Of a stretch of 64,000 bases of DNA, positions 1 to 9,919 are shown in pieces. Each line of letters begins with the position of its first letter. Position 1 is the stretch's first letter. The notes beneath the pieces were generated by a model. The model was not told the DNA's origin and did no database searches. It saw only the letters and a list, made by a program, of their open reading frames with translations. Made by a program: the position numbers and the translations under genes. The stretch spans positions 784,691 to 848,690 of the forward strand of contig CAVSWB010000001.1 in assembly GCA_963731635.1 (NCBI GenBank), given 5' to 3'. The stretch comes from an uncultured Chloroflexia bacterium. Its GTDB lineage: Bacteria > Chloroflexota > Limnocylindria > Limnocylindrales > CSP1-4.

Positions 1-1
1 T

Positions 2-1264
2 CTCCGGCGGCGCATCGTCGGGCTGCTCCTCGCGCTGGCGGTGGTCCTCGTGACCAGCGGCTGGTGGGTGGCGATCGTGACACTCATCCCGGCGGCCAGC
101 CGGCCGTTCATCGGCGGGAGCACGACCGGGTCGCCGCTCGACCTGATCTTCGGCTATGACGGCCTGGGCCGTATCTTCGGCTCCGGTGGACCGGGCGGCG
201 TCGGCGGCGGAGCGTCGTTCTCCGGCGAGGTGGGGCTGTTCCGCCTGTTCAACGACCAGTTCTTCGGCGAGATCGCCTGGTTCATCCCGCTCGCGTCCGT
301 CTGCCTGATCGTGGGGCTCTGGCTGCGCCGCTGGGCGAGCCGGACGGACGCCGCGCTGGCGGGCTATCTGCTGTGGGGCAGCTGGTTCGCGATCACGGCG
401 TTGGTCTTCAGCTACATGTCGGGCGTGGTCCACTCGTATTACGCGGTGGCCCTCGCCCCGGCGATCGCGGCGCTGGTCGGTGCCGGGATCGTGGACCTGT
501 GGTCGCTTCGATCGCGTGTCTGGCTCGGCGGCCTGGCGGTCGGACTGGCGAGCCTGGGCACAGCCTGGTTCGGCTGGCAGCTGCTCGATCGAACTCCGGA
601 CTTCGCGCCCGGCGTCGGCGCGGCGGCCGTGCTGATGGCCGGCGCCGCGCTCCTGGTGCTGGTGGTCCTTTCGCTGCCGCGGCTCGCCGACAGCGCGATC
701 GCTCGCCGGTTCGCGATCGTCGCGGCCACGGCCGGTCTGTGCGCGGCCCTGATGGCGCCGGCGGCTTATGCGGTGGCGACGATCGGAACGGCATACAGCG
801 CCGGCGATCCCCACCCGGGCCCAGCCTCGGCCGGCTCGCTCTTCGGCAGTGGCCCCGGTTTCGGGGGCGGCGCCGGGCTTCCGGGCGGCATTGGCGGCGA
901 CGGCGGCAACACCTCCGACGCGGCATTCCTGAACTACCTCGTCGCCAACCGCGGCACCGCCAGGTGGATCGTGGCGATCAATTCGGCCCAGGAGGCGGGC
1001 TCGATCGAGCTCGCGACCGGGCTGCCGGTCATGGCCATGGGCGGATTCACCGGCTCCGACCCGACGCCGACCCTCGACCAACTCAAGAGTTACATCGCTT
1101 CCGGCCAGCTGCGGTTCGTCCTGACGAGCGGCTTCGGCGGCTTCGGTGGCGGCTTCGGTGGGAGCGACATCTCCACGGCGCGCGACAATTGGGTGACGAG
1201 CACGTGCAAGCCCGTGACCTACGCCGGCACGTCGCTGCTGTACGACTGCGCGGGAGCGGCGTAG
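2..1264 (+). CDS. Glycosyltransferase family 39 (ArnT/PMT-like, YycA/YkcB-type) membrane protein, 5' end outside window
   Basis: Many TM helices; motifs 'IFGYDGLGRIFG', 'HSYYAVALAP', 'GLPVMAMGGFTGSDP'; reading frame is open back to the window edge. Confidence 0.8.
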   Translation, partial: LRRRIVGLLLALAVVLVTSGWWVAIVTLIPAASRPFIGGSTTGSPLDLIFGYDGLGRIFGSGGPGGVGGGASFSGEVGLFRLFNDQFFGEIAWFIPLASVCLIVGLWLRRWASRTDAALAGYLLWGSWFAITALVFSYMSGVVHSYYAVALAPAIAALVGAGIVDLWSLRSRVWLGGLAVGLASLGTAWFGWQLLDRTPDFAPGVGAAAVLMAGAALLVLVVLSLPRLADSAIARRFAIVAATAGLCAALMAPAAYAVATIGTAYSAGDPHPGPASAGSLFGSGPGFGGGAGLPGGIGGDGGNTSDAAFLNYLVANRGTARWIVAINSAQEAGSIELATGLPVMAMGGFTGSDPTPTLDQLKSYIASGQLRFVLTSGFGGFGGGFGGSDISTARDNWVTSTCKPVTYAGTSLLYDCAGAA

Positions 1265-1294
1265 CCGCAGCGGCGGAGAGGGAGGAGGTCGGAG

Positions 1295-1963
1295 ATGCGC
1301 GTTCTGGTGGCCGAGGACGATGCCGGACTGCGCGACCTGCTCGTCATGGGTCTGCAGGACAGCGGCTTCCAGGTGGATGCCGCCGAGCGGGGCGACGACG
1401 CGATCGATCTGCTGAAGTTCTACGACTACGACGTCGCCATCGTCGATTGGCGGATGCCCGGAGCCGAAGGCATCGAAGTGGTCGCCTGGGCCCGCAAGCA
1501 GGGCAAGCCGACCGCCATCCTGATGCTCACCGCCCGCGATGCGCCGCCGGACCGGATCCGCGGCCTCGACGCGGGCGCCGACGACTATTTGGTGAAGCCG
1601 TTCGACTTCGGTGAGCTGCTGGCCCGCATCCGCGCGCTGCAACGCCGGCCCCGCGGCGTCGACGCGCCCGTGATCTGCCGCGGCTCGCTGTCGCTCGATC
1701 CCGTCCGCCGCGAGGTCAGGGTGGGCACCAGGGAACTGCCCCTGACGGGCACCGAGTACAACATCCTCGAGCTGTTGATGCGACGCTCGCCGGCGGTCGT
1801 CAACCGCAAGGCCATCGCCGAGCACGGCTGGCGCGACGAGACCGATCCACTCGGGTCGAACGCCATCGACGTTCAGCTGAGCCGGCTCCGTGCCAAGCTC
1901 CCGGCGGCGGGCGTGCGGATCGTCACGGTCCGCGGCGCCGGCTACCGGCTCGAGGAAGCATGA
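1295..1963 (+). CDS. OmpR-family response regulator
   Basis: Receiver 'VLVAEDD...DVAIVDWRMP...MLTARD...GADDYLVKPF' plus winged-helix 'IVTVRGAGYRL'. Confidence 0.95.
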   Translation: MRVLVAEDDAGLRDLLVMGLQDSGFQVDAAERGDDAIDLLKFYDYDVAIVDWRMPGAEGIEVVAWARKQGKPTAILMLTARDAPPDRIRGLDAGADDYLVKPFDFGELLARIRALQRRPRGVDAPVICRGSLSLDPVRREVRVGTRELPLTGTEYNILELLMRRSPAVVNRKAIAEHGWRDETDPLGSNAIDVQLSRLRAKLPAAGVRIVTVRGAGYRLEEA

Positions 1964-3255
1964 GCGGTCCGTCGGCCGGTCCTTCGGTTCGAAGGCTCTC
2001 GATCCGCGTCGCTCTCGCGGCGGCGGCGATCGTCGGCGTGGCCTACCTCGTCATCGCCGCCGCCGTGGCTATCGTCATCACCGACAACCTGACCGCCGAA
2101 GTCGACGGCCACCTGCAGCAGGCTCTCGTCCAGATGTCCACCGGCGTCGGCCAGGGACCGGGCGGCCCGCCGATCGACCACGTCCCCTTCGATCCTTCGA
2201 AGCAGAACCCGCGCGCCCTGCCGCTGCTGGTCTGGCGTGTCGCGGCGGACGGCGCCGTTGCCGCGCAGGGCCTGACGAACCTGGAGCTTCCCGCTGCCGA
2301 CGCCAGCGTGGGCTCGCCAACTTCGGTCACGATCGACGGCGCCACGTATCGGTTGGCCGGAGCTGCGACGGCAACGGGGCGGGTCGTAGTGGGCCAGTCG
2401 ATGGACACGGTCGCAGCCACTCAGTCGACGCTCGTCGTCGCCGAGGTCGGGATCGGGCTCGCTCTTCTCGTCGCCGTGTTCCTGGGTGCGGTCGCGATCG
2501 GGCGCCGGGTTGCGCTTCCCATCGAACGAGAGCGCCGGCGCCAGCTCGAGTTCACGGCGGACGCTTCGCACGAGCTGCGCACGCCGCTCTCCGTGATCGA
2601 AGCGCAGACCTCGCTCGCGCTGGCCCGGGATCGCGAGCCGCCGTGGGATCAGTCCGCCTTCCTCCGCATAGACAAGGAGCTGAAACGGACCCGGCGTTTG
2701 GTCGACGACATGCTGTGGCTCGCTCGCTTCGACTCGGCCGCGCCCCTCGGCGCCCAGACTGCAGAGCCGGTGGATCTGGGAGTGCTCGCCACACAGACGG
2801 CAGATCGTTTCGCGGCGGTGGCAGAGGCGAAGCACCAGCGCCTTCAGGTTCGAGTGGGATCGTCTTCGGAAGCGGCAATCGTCACGGTGTCGCCCGAGTG
2901 GCTGGATCGGCTGCTCGGCGTCCTGCTCGACAACGCCTGCAAGTATTCGCCGGAGGGCGGCAGCATCACCGTCTCCGTGGCGCCGGAAGGTCGGCGACTG
3001 CGGCTGGCGGTGGACGACTCCGGGCCGGGGATCCCGGCCGAGGAGCGGGCGCGCGTCTTCGACCGCTTCCACCGCGCCACCGACTCTCCCGGCGGAGCTG
3101 GGCTGGGCCTGGCGATTGCGGATGCGATCGTGCGCGCCAGCGGCGGGCACTGGTCGATCGGCACTTCGGAAGCTGGTGGCGCCAGCATCGCGGTGACCTG
3201 GGCGCGCTCGACCGTAGGCGATCGCGGGCGCCGGGACAGTCATCCGGCGGAGTAG
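1960..3255 (+). CDS. Membrane sensor histidine kinase
   Basis: Two TMs, H-box 'FTADASHELRTPL', N-box 'LLDNACKYS', G-boxes 'DDSGPGIP', 'GAGLGLAIA'; ATGA overlap with the regulator. Confidence 0.95.
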   Translation: MSGPSAGPSVRRLSIRVALAAAAIVGVAYLVIAAAVAIVITDNLTAEVDGHLQQALVQMSTGVGQGPGGPPIDHVPFDPSKQNPRALPLLVWRVAADGAVAAQGLTNLELPAADASVGSPTSVTIDGATYRLAGAATATGRVVVGQSMDTVAATQSTLVVAEVGIGLALLVAVFLGAVAIGRRVALPIERERRRQLEFTADASHELRTPLSVIEAQTSLALARDREPPWDQSAFLRIDKELKRTRRLVDDMLWLARFDSAAPLGAQTAEPVDLGVLATQTADRFAAVAEAKHQRLQVRVGSSSEAAIVTVSPEWLDRLLGVLLDNACKYSPEGGSITVSVAPEGRRLRLAVDDSGPGIPAEERARVFDRFHRATDSPGGAGLGLAIADAIVRASGGHWSIGTSEAGGASIAVTWARSTVGDRGRRDSHPAE

Positions 3256-3412
3256 CCGTTGCCGCGGGTTTGCGGCGAGCGCGGCCCTGAACCGGAGAGT
3301 GGCCGGGAACCGGGAGCGCGCCCCGGAACTTTTCCCTCGTGCGTAATCCGATCGAAAGCATCGATGGGCGACGCTGTGGCAATCGTCCCTTCCCCTTCAC
3401 GAGGAGCAGCTC

Positions 3413-3967
3413 ATGACGGAGTCACTTTCCGAGGTCGGTCCCGAATCGGCCGCCTCTCGCTCGGCCGCCGTGGGTGCGCCGATCCGTCCAGTCATCCAAA
3501 AGCCGCGATCGCGCTCGGTGCCGGCCCTGCTATTGGTCGCGGCCCTCGTGGCAATCGCAGGGCTGGCCTTCGCCTTTGGCCGAGTGTCGGCGCCGGCCCA
3601 GTCGAGTTTGGGCGCGAATGGCGCCAACGGGCTGCCGGCAGCCTTCGGCAGCGGGGCGCCAGGTGGCTTCGGGCCCAACGGGGGCGCCGGTCTCGGCGGG
3701 TTGTCGAGCGTTACGGGCACGGTCGTGAGCGTGTCGGACTCGTCGATCACCGTTCAGCTGGCCGACGGGCAGACGATGCAAATCGCCACCGACTCGGGCA
3801 CGACCTATCACAGCCAGACCGCGGCAACGATCGGCAGCGTCGCAACGGGCAGCACCGTCCAGGTTCAAGTCGCCGCCGGCACCCAACCCGACCCGGCCTC
3901 GAGCGCGAGTCCGAGCTCGTCGGGGAACACTCGCACCGCTACCGACGTGACGGTCACGGCGTCTTAG
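3413..3967 (+). CDS. Membrane-anchored hypothetical protein with small beta domain (DUF5666-like)
   Basis: SD GGAG, single TM, Gly-rich linker, 'GTVVSVSDSSITVQLADG...GSTVQV'. Confidence 0.6.
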   Translation: MTESLSEVGPESAASRSAAVGAPIRPVIQKPRSRSVPALLLVAALVAIAGLAFAFGRVSAPAQSSLGANGANGLPAAFGSGAPGGFGPNGGAGLGGLSSVTGTVVSVSDSSITVQLADGQTMQIATDSGTTYHSQTAATIGSVATGSTVQVQVAAGTQPDPASSASPSSSGNTRTATDVTVTAS

Positions 3968-3975
3968 CGGCCCCG

Positions 3976-5016
3976 CTATGCGCGGCGGATAACCAGCGAC
4001 TTGGAGACGTCGTCCGGCCAGGTCTGCTTGTAGGGGTTGTCCGCCGCCATTGCCGCCGCGATGATCCCGAGGATGACAGTCCCGGTGCAAAGCGCCCAGA
4101 CGAGGTAACGAATCAGGACGGCGCCCAGACCCAGGCCCTGGCCGTCGGCGGCTCGGACAACGCGAAGACCGAGGGCCTTCTGCCCGAGCGTCCCGCCGAA
4201 CAGGTACCAGCAGAACGGGACGTACAGCAGGAAGAAGGCGAACCAGCTCCAGACGACAGCGTAGCCGGCGGGCGAGAGCGTCTCGGTGAAATCGTAGTTA
4301 GGGGACACTGCAGTCGATATCACCCCGATGGCGATCAACGTCGCGGCCATGAAGAAGGAATCGATGAGGATGGCCGCAAATCTGACGCCGATGCCGCCCC
4401 AGATGTAACCGGGCCGTGGGCCGGGGGGAGCGAAGGCCTGCATGTTCGCGGCCGAACCCCACGGGCCCGGCGCGAACCCGGCCGGCTGGTAGGGCGGCGG
4501 ATATCCCGGCCGGGGCCCGAACCCCGGCTGCTGATAGCCGGGCTGTGGCGCGTAACCGGGCTGTGGCGCGTAACCGGGCTGTGGCACGTAACCGGGCTGG
4601 GGCCCGAACCCGGGCTGCGACGGGAAGCCGGCCTGCGGCGGAAAACCCGGCTGCGGCGGAAAACCCGGCTGCGGCGCGTAAGCCGGCTGCGGCGGGAAGC
4701 TGGGCTGGGGCCCGAACCCCGTCTGCTGCCCGGGTCCCGTCTGCTGCCCGGGTCCCTGCTGCGTGTACGCCGACCTCGGCGCATAACCCGGCTGTGGCGG
4801 GTAGGCGGGCTGTGACGGGAACGTCGGCTGCGGCGGGTAGCTCGGCGCCGTCGATCCAATCGGCTCGCGAGCCTGCTGTTGCGGCAACGCCTGCTGAGCC
4901 GGCAGATCCTGCTGGTCCGGTAGCGTGGCCGGTACCTGACTCCAGGCGTCGGGCTGAATCGGCGACTCGTCGCCGTTCGACCCGGATAGCGTTGCGTCCT
5001 GACCTTCGTCCACCAT
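3976..5016 (-). CDS. RDD family protein with long Pro/Gln/Tyr-rich N-terminus
   Basis: 'GVRFAAILID' and 'GGTLGQKALGLRVVRA' RDD motifs. Confidence 0.9.
   Translation of the reverse strand: MVDEGQDATLSGSNGDESPIQPDAWSQVPATLPDQQDLPAQQALPQQQAREPIGSTAPSYPPQPTFPSQPAYPPQPGYAPRSAYTQQGPGQQTGPGQQTGFGPQPSFPPQPAYAPQPGFPPQPGFPPQAGFPSQPGFGPQPGYVPQPGYAPQPGYAPQPGYQQPGFGPRPGYPPPYQPAGFAPGPWGSAANMQAFAPPGPRPGYIWGGIGVRFAAILIDSFFMAATLIAIGVISTAVSPNYDFTETLSPAGYAVVWSWFAFFLLYVPFCWYLFGGTLGQKALGLRVVRAADGQGLGLGAVLIRYLVWALCTGTVILGIIAAAMAADNPYKQTWPDDVSKSLVIRRA
4490..4830 (-). repeat. Coding tandem repeats (PQPG[YF]/APQPGY/QQTGPG units)
   Basis: Repeated 15-18 nt units such as ccgggctgtggcgcgtaa and gtctgctgcccgggtccc. Confidence 0.9.
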
Positions 5017-5213
5017 GAGTTCTCCCGCCGAATGTTCAACCGCTTGCGAGTCAGCCGGGCCCGCCAGTTGGGCGCGGCCATCGTAGCAGCGCCACTGGCC
5101 CGGGAAACGATCAAGTCCCCGAGGCCGGAAAGCCGCTTTCCCTGCCTTCCGTTCCCATTCAGGCTGGTTTCATGACTTCAGCGCACGATGGGCCCATGAA
5201 TCGTGAAAGGTCG

Positions 5214-5612
5214 ATGGATATGCGCGCTGTCTGGATAAGGCGTTTGCTCTGGGTCGTGGTCGTGCTGGCGGTCGTCGGAGTGGTGGCCGGGCTCGCCTAC
5301 GCGGCCGGAAATTGGAATGCGCACGGAACTGCCTTCATGCCGACGCGGCCATTCGGGCGCGGGTTCATGGGCGATGGCTACGCCTGGCCCGGCATCGGGT
5401 TGATCGGTCTGGCCGGAATGGTTCTGTTCGTGCTCCTGATCGTCTGGCTCATCGGGGCCGTGGTCGGTGGTCCCTCTCGGGACGCAGGCGTGTCGCGGCC
5501 GCTCGAGACCGGCGGGATGGAGCAGCTGCGCCAGCTGTCGGAACTGCACTCGAACGGCCAGCTCACCGACGAGGAATTCACTGCGGCGAAGCGCAAGATC
5601 CTCGGCCTGTAA
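5214..5612 (+). CDS. SHOCT domain membrane protein
   Basis: Two TMs and C-terminal 'EQLRQLSELHSNGQLTDEEFTAAKRKILG'; start chosen at ATG after GAAAGG. Confidence 0.85.
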   Translation: MDMRAVWIRRLLWVVVVLAVVGVVAGLAYAAGNWNAHGTAFMPTRPFGRGFMGDGYAWPGIGLIGLAGMVLFVLLIVWLIGAVVGGPSRDAGVSRPLETGGMEQLRQLSELHSNGQLTDEEFTAAKRKILGL

Positions 5613-5690
5613 CGCCGGCGGACACATCACGGGCCTCGGTTATGCTGACGCCGCCGCCGGCTTCTCGAGCGGCCCGCAGCAAGGTCCGAG

Positions 5691-6827
5691 ATGAGAGTCC
5701 GCCTCGATCGCATCGCCCGGATCCAGGCCGCAATGCGCGAGCAGCGCATGATCGCGATAGTGGTCCTCAACCACGACGACTACCGCTACCTCTTCGGTGA
5801 AGACAGGGCGCAGCCACGGGCGCTCATCCCATTCCAGGGGCCGCCCGAGCTGATCGCCTTCACCGGCGAAGAGCCCGAGTTGCGAGCCCTCCTCGCCGAG
5901 GGCGAGGTTCGAGTCTTCGGCAGCGTCGGCGGCCAGATCCACGACGTCGTCGGCCGCATCCGCGAACTGGCGGCAGCCGCGCCGCAGGAGTGGGCGACCG
6001 ACGGCCGCTTCAAAGTCGGCCTCCAGATGTGGTTCCACACGCCGGCATTTCTCGTGGACCTATTCCGGCAGGTCAACCCGATCGCCGAGGTCGTGTCCTC
6101 GGATCCGATCATGGATCCGCTGAGGACGATCAAAGATGACGCGGAGATCGCGCTCATGACCGAGGCGCAACGGATTGCCGGTCTCGGTATGGATCGAGCG
6201 CGAGAGCTGCTTCGACCGGGTGTGACCGCCCACGAGGTCGGCACGGAAGCGCTCTACACGATGATGCGGGCCGGCGCCGAAGCGACCAGCACGCCGATCT
6301 ATGTCAACTTCGGCGTCGAGACGTGCATGCTCCACGGCCGCCTGAGCCCGGCGCCGCTGGAACGTGGCCAGCTGGTTCTGATCGACCTGACGCCGCAGAT
6401 CGAGGGGTATTGCGCGAACCTCGCACGCACGTTCGTCATGGGCGAGCCCGATGAGCGTCAGGCCAATCTGATCGCCGCCTACCGCGAGATGATCGGGGCG
6501 GTTCGCGAGGCGATGCGTCCCGGCGTAACGACGTCCGCGCTCGACGACCGGGCGAAGGCCGTCTACGAATCACACGGACTGGCCGAGTACCACGTCTACG
6601 GCATCGGGCACGGGATCGGGCTGCGCTTCGAAGAGCCGCCGGCGCCGACGATCATCCCGCCGCACCGGAACATGCGGTTGGCCGAAGGGATGACCGTCAC
6701 CATCGGGCATCCGGTTCTGGCGATCCCCGGCTTCGGCGGCGCCCGCTTCGAGGACGTCTACCGGCTGGCTGCGGCCGGGCCGGAGTTGCTCTACGAGTAC
6801 CCGATCGAACCGATCCTGCAGGGCTGA
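5691..6827 (+). CDS. M24 family (Xaa-Pro) peptidase
   Basis: 'LRTIKDDAEI', 'DLTPQIEGYCANLART', 'HGIGHGIGL...EEP', 'GARFED'. Confidence 0.9.
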   Translation: MRVRLDRIARIQAAMREQRMIAIVVLNHDDYRYLFGEDRAQPRALIPFQGPPELIAFTGEEPELRALLAEGEVRVFGSVGGQIHDVVGRIRELAAAAPQEWATDGRFKVGLQMWFHTPAFLVDLFRQVNPIAEVVSSDPIMDPLRTIKDDAEIALMTEAQRIAGLGMDRARELLRPGVTAHEVGTEALYTMMRAGAEATSTPIYVNFGVETCMLHGRLSPAPLERGQLVLIDLTPQIEGYCANLARTFVMGEPDERQANLIAAYREMIGAVREAMRPGVTTSALDDRAKAVYESHGLAEYHVYGIGHGIGLRFEEPPAPTIIPPHRNMRLAEGMTVTIGHPVLAIPGFGGARFEDVYRLAAAGPELLYEYPIEPILQG

Positions 6828-6844
6828 CGTCCCCGGCGAGGCCC

Positions 6845-7630
6845 TCAGGCCCCCGCAGCCGTCAGCACGAAATCGGTCGCGAAGGCGACCAGCAGCCCGA
6901 GCGTCAGTGCCATGCCCGTGACCATCGGCAGCGAGAACTTGCGGGCAACGGACATCATCTCGTTGAAGACGAAGATCAGCGCTCCCGCCGCAAGCCCGAG
7001 GAACGCAATCGAAAGCAGCGGCGAGACGATCGAATAGCCGAGCACGCCGCCGAGGAATGTCGGGCCGCCGCCGACCATGCCCGCGCCGCCGAGAAAGGCC
7101 CACGTCGGCCGCTCGCCCTGCGAGAGCGGCGCGCCGATGGCGAAACCTTCGGTCGTATTGTGGAGCGCGAACCCGATCACGAGCAGGACGGCGAACGTCG
7201 TGGCGCCGGTCGCAGCCGATTGCCCGATGGCCAATCCCTCGGAGAAGTTGTGGAGGCCCAACCCGACGGCCGTGCCCAGCGCGATTTGCTGGGGCGAGAG
7301 GGAGAGCTTCTTTCCCCGGGCACTCATTCGCTGCGTCAGGAACGTGACCGAGAGCAGGCCGAACGCGACGCTACCGCCCAGGGCCGCGGCGTCGAGCGCG
7401 AAGTTCGTCGCGCTGCCGTTGCCTGTGCGAGCGGCGTTCAGCGCCGTCGTCACCGGTTCGACCGCCTGGGAAAGGACGTCGTATATGAGGAAGAGGATGA
7501 CGCCGGCAGCGGCCGTCGTGAGGGCCGCCTGGCGGCGGATGGAGAGGTTGCGGAGCCGTCCGACGGGCAGTCCAAGGAAGATCGTCCCACCGGCAAACGC
7601 CGACAGGATCATCGTCTGGACGAAGCTCAT
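6845..7630 (-). CDS. ZIP family divalent metal transporter
   Basis: Twin 'LHNFSEGLAIG' / 'LHNTTEGFAIG' motifs. Confidence 0.93.
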   Translation of the reverse strand: MSFVQTMILSAFAGGTIFLGLPVGRLRNLSIRRQAALTTAAAGVILFLIYDVLSQAVEPVTTALNAARTGNGSATNFALDAAALGGSVAFGLLSVTFLTQRMSARGKKLSLSPQQIALGTAVGLGLHNFSEGLAIGQSAATGATTFAVLLVIGFALHNTTEGFAIGAPLSQGERPTWAFLGGAGMVGGGPTFLGGVLGYSIVSPLLSIAFLGLAAGALIFVFNEMMSVARKFSLPMVTGMALTLGLLVAFATDFVLTAAGA

Positions 7631-7645
7631 CGGTCCCTCGCTCGC

Positions 7646-7672
7646 TAATCCTTAGTTAGTTGCTAAGGATTA
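7646..7672. promoter_or_regulatory. Perfect 10-7-10 inverted repeat upstream of the ZIP gene (candidate metalloregulator operator)
   Basis: TAATCCTTAG-TTAGTTG-CTAAGGATTA, AT-rich, 16 bp upstream of the start codon. Confidence 0.7.
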
Positions 7673-7758
7673 TGTCGGATGCTAGCGGTGGCGACGAAGA
7701 GCCGTCAAGCGCAATCGTGATGGCCCTCGCGCGGCTCTCGATGGCAGCGTCCGGAAAT

Positions 7759-9063
7759 CTACGGGCCGATCGCTCCCAGCGGCACCCCGAGACGATCGAG
7801 AGCCTGGGGCGGGCTGCCGAATTCGGCTGCCCAGAGCGAGCCGTCGGCCGCGAAGGCCGGCGCGAATCCACTGTATGTCCAGATGGGGCCTGCCGGTTGC
7901 GAGGTGGCAGGGTCGATGCGCTGCATCGTCGTCAGCGGGTTTGGGTTGGAGTTCATAGGGTCGGCGGCCCCAGGTGTCAGAGTCCATAGCGTCCCGTCGA
8001 AGATCGCCGCTTGAGAACCGTCGGGAAAAATCGGGCCGCGGAAGTCGATGCCCGATGGAGTGATGCGAACGAAGTGGTAGGAACTGTGGCCGAAGCCGTT
8101 CGGGCCAATGGCGTCGGTACGGGCGGCCGCCCAGCACTGGCCGCCGACCTGCTGGGGCTCATCGACCATGCTCCGTTCGGTGAAACTCGCGAGGATCTTG
8201 CCGCTGGAAGGATCCAAGCGCTTGAAGGAGGTAGTGCCGTCCGAATTCTGGTAGCGATTCCACAGCGAGCCGCAGACCTGTTCGGTGCCGGCAAATGCGG
8301 ACGGGACCTGGCCAATCAAGTAACCGGTCGCGGCGTCGAGCTTGACTTCGTGCCCGGACATGTCGTCAACCAGCACGTGGCCGGGGCCGACGCCTCCGAG
8401 GAATCTGTCGACCAGGTCGAGCGTCAATTTCCCGCCGACGAGGTCGACACGCAGTACGTGGTAGAAGTTCGTGCAGGGCTGGCTGCAGCCGCTGCCATTG
8501 CCGTACTGGACCCATAGCGCGCCGCCCGCGACCTCGATCCCCTGCAGAACATTGACGGCGGGCGGGTTGAGGTAGGTCCTGACAAGCTTGTTGGTACTCA
8601 GGTTTACGCGCGCGACCACCTGGGCCCCGGTGTCCGGAACTGCGCACATGATGAACATATCGCCGCCCGAGATGACAGGAACGTTGGGGTAGGTGATCCC
8701 GGTGATGTCGCAGTTGGAGACGCTGGCAATGACCGTCGCCGGTATCCCGGCAACCTGGCTGGCCGTGGCGGTGGCGGACGGGCTGGAGGAGACAGTCGGG
8801 CTGGCGGACGCACTGGCGGAAGCGGTCGCTGAAGCCGTGGCCGTCGCGCTCGGCGACGGGCTGCCGCTGGCGACCGGCCGATTCGACCTGGAGCCAAATC
8901 CGATCACGAAGACGATCGCGACTATGAGGGTCGCTCCTGCCAGCAGGCCGGCCGGCAATGCGCTCCGCGTCAGGCGAGGCTTCGGGGATGAGAACGGGCT
9001 ACGAGCGCTCTTGGCAACCGTAGACCACTCCCTCAAGACGTCGTCGGCTCGCGAGCGGTCCAT
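7759..9063 (-). CDS. Putative anti-sigma / membrane-anchored extracytoplasmic beta-propeller-like protein
   Basis: ATG coupled to the sigma stop (TGATG); short cytoplasmic N-terminus, one TM, Ser/Ala/Thr linker, beta-rich domain with Cys pairs. Confidence 0.65.
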   Translation of the reverse strand: MDRSRADDVLREWSTVAKSARSPFSSPKPRLTRSALPAGLLAGATLIVAIVFVIGFGSRSNRPVASGSPSPSATATASATASASASASPTVSSSPSATATASQVAGIPATVIASVSNCDITGITYPNVPVISGGDMFIMCAVPDTGAQVVARVNLSTNKLVRTYLNPPAVNVLQGIEVAGGALWVQYGNGSGCSQPCTNFYHVLRVDLVGGKLTLDLVDRFLGGVGPGHVLVDDMSGHEVKLDAATGYLIGQVPSAFAGTEQVCGSLWNRYQNSDGTTSFKRLDPSSGKILASFTERSMVDEPQQVGGQCWAAARTDAIGPNGFGHSSYHFVRITPSGIDFRGPIFPDGSQAAIFDGTLWTLTPGAADPMNSNPNPLTTMQRIDPATSQPAGPIWTYSGFAPAFAADGSLWAAEFGSPPQALDRLGVPLGAIGP

Positions 9064-9549
9064 CACGCTGCCTCCAGCTTCTGCGGCGCTCGACTGACCG
9101 CGGCGCGCAATGCTCCCGCCGAGGTGCCCAGCGTCTGGGCCGCCTCGTCGTACGAGATCCCCTCGATGGTGGTCAGCACCAGCGCCGTCCGTTCCAGAGA
9201 TGAGAGCACGCCCATCGCCGCTCGGACATCGAGCCAGCGAACGCGAACCAATTCGTCGAGCGTTCCCGCCTCCGAGTCGGACGGCACGAGCCGCCGCTTC
9301 AGGGAGCGAAACCGGTCCGTGGCCAATCTTCGCGTCGTAACCAGCAGCCACGGCAATACCGGTTGCTCCCAGTCGAATTCGCTCGCGCGTGCCCCAAAGG
9401 CGCAGGTAGGCGTCCTGGGCCATGTCTTCCGCTGCCGCCCAGTCATTCGTCCAGGCCAGCGAAAAGCGGAAGACGTCTCCCCAGTGCGCCTCGAATGCGC
9501 GCTCGTACAGCAGGTCTGCGGACTCGGCGACGATCGAAGAACCCCTCAT
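9063..9549 (-). pseudogene. ECF sigma factor with +1 frameshift near 9377
   Basis: Region 2 'AFEAHWGDVFRFSLAWTNDWAAAEDMAQDAYLRLW' and region 4 'LSSLERTALVLTTIEGISYDEAAQTLG' lie in different frames; removing one A in CGA-A-TTC restores 'RERFDWEQP'. Confidence 0.8.
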
Positions 9550-9919
9550 ATCCACATACACGTCGACGTGGCCAGTTTTGCACGGACCCGGTCCCGAATC
9601 GGTTCGTTTCCGTCGTTGACGCCTCGTGGGCTCGGCCCGGCGCGGCTCGTTTCCGCCATTTCTTCACAGGGCGGTCGCTATTCAGAGGGATGCCCGGGCG
9701 CCGCTTGCCATCGGAGGTTCGCCGGGCCCGAACGGGCCGACCGGCCGCGATTCCCGCGGACCCGAGCGCGCCAAACCCGTGCCGCCGCGCCCCTAGGGAG
9801 CATATCGGGCCGGCAACGATCGATGTCCGGCCTGTCTCGTGAATAACGTTCGTGGCGTGGCGATCTTGCAGAAATCGATGCCCCGCGGCGGCCTCGCTCG
9901 ACGCCACGCGCCTTGCGGG

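Noticed and set aside
3965-3978. TAGCGG-CC-CCGCTA palindrome as a special element
   Set aside because: It is formed by two convergent stop codons with a 6-bp stem; at most a weak terminator.
3259-4815. 518-aa plus-strand ORF and many similar long Arg/Pro/Gly-rich ORFs
   Set aside because: These are antisense or alternate-frame shadows of real genes, expected in high-GC DNA, with no recognisable motifs.
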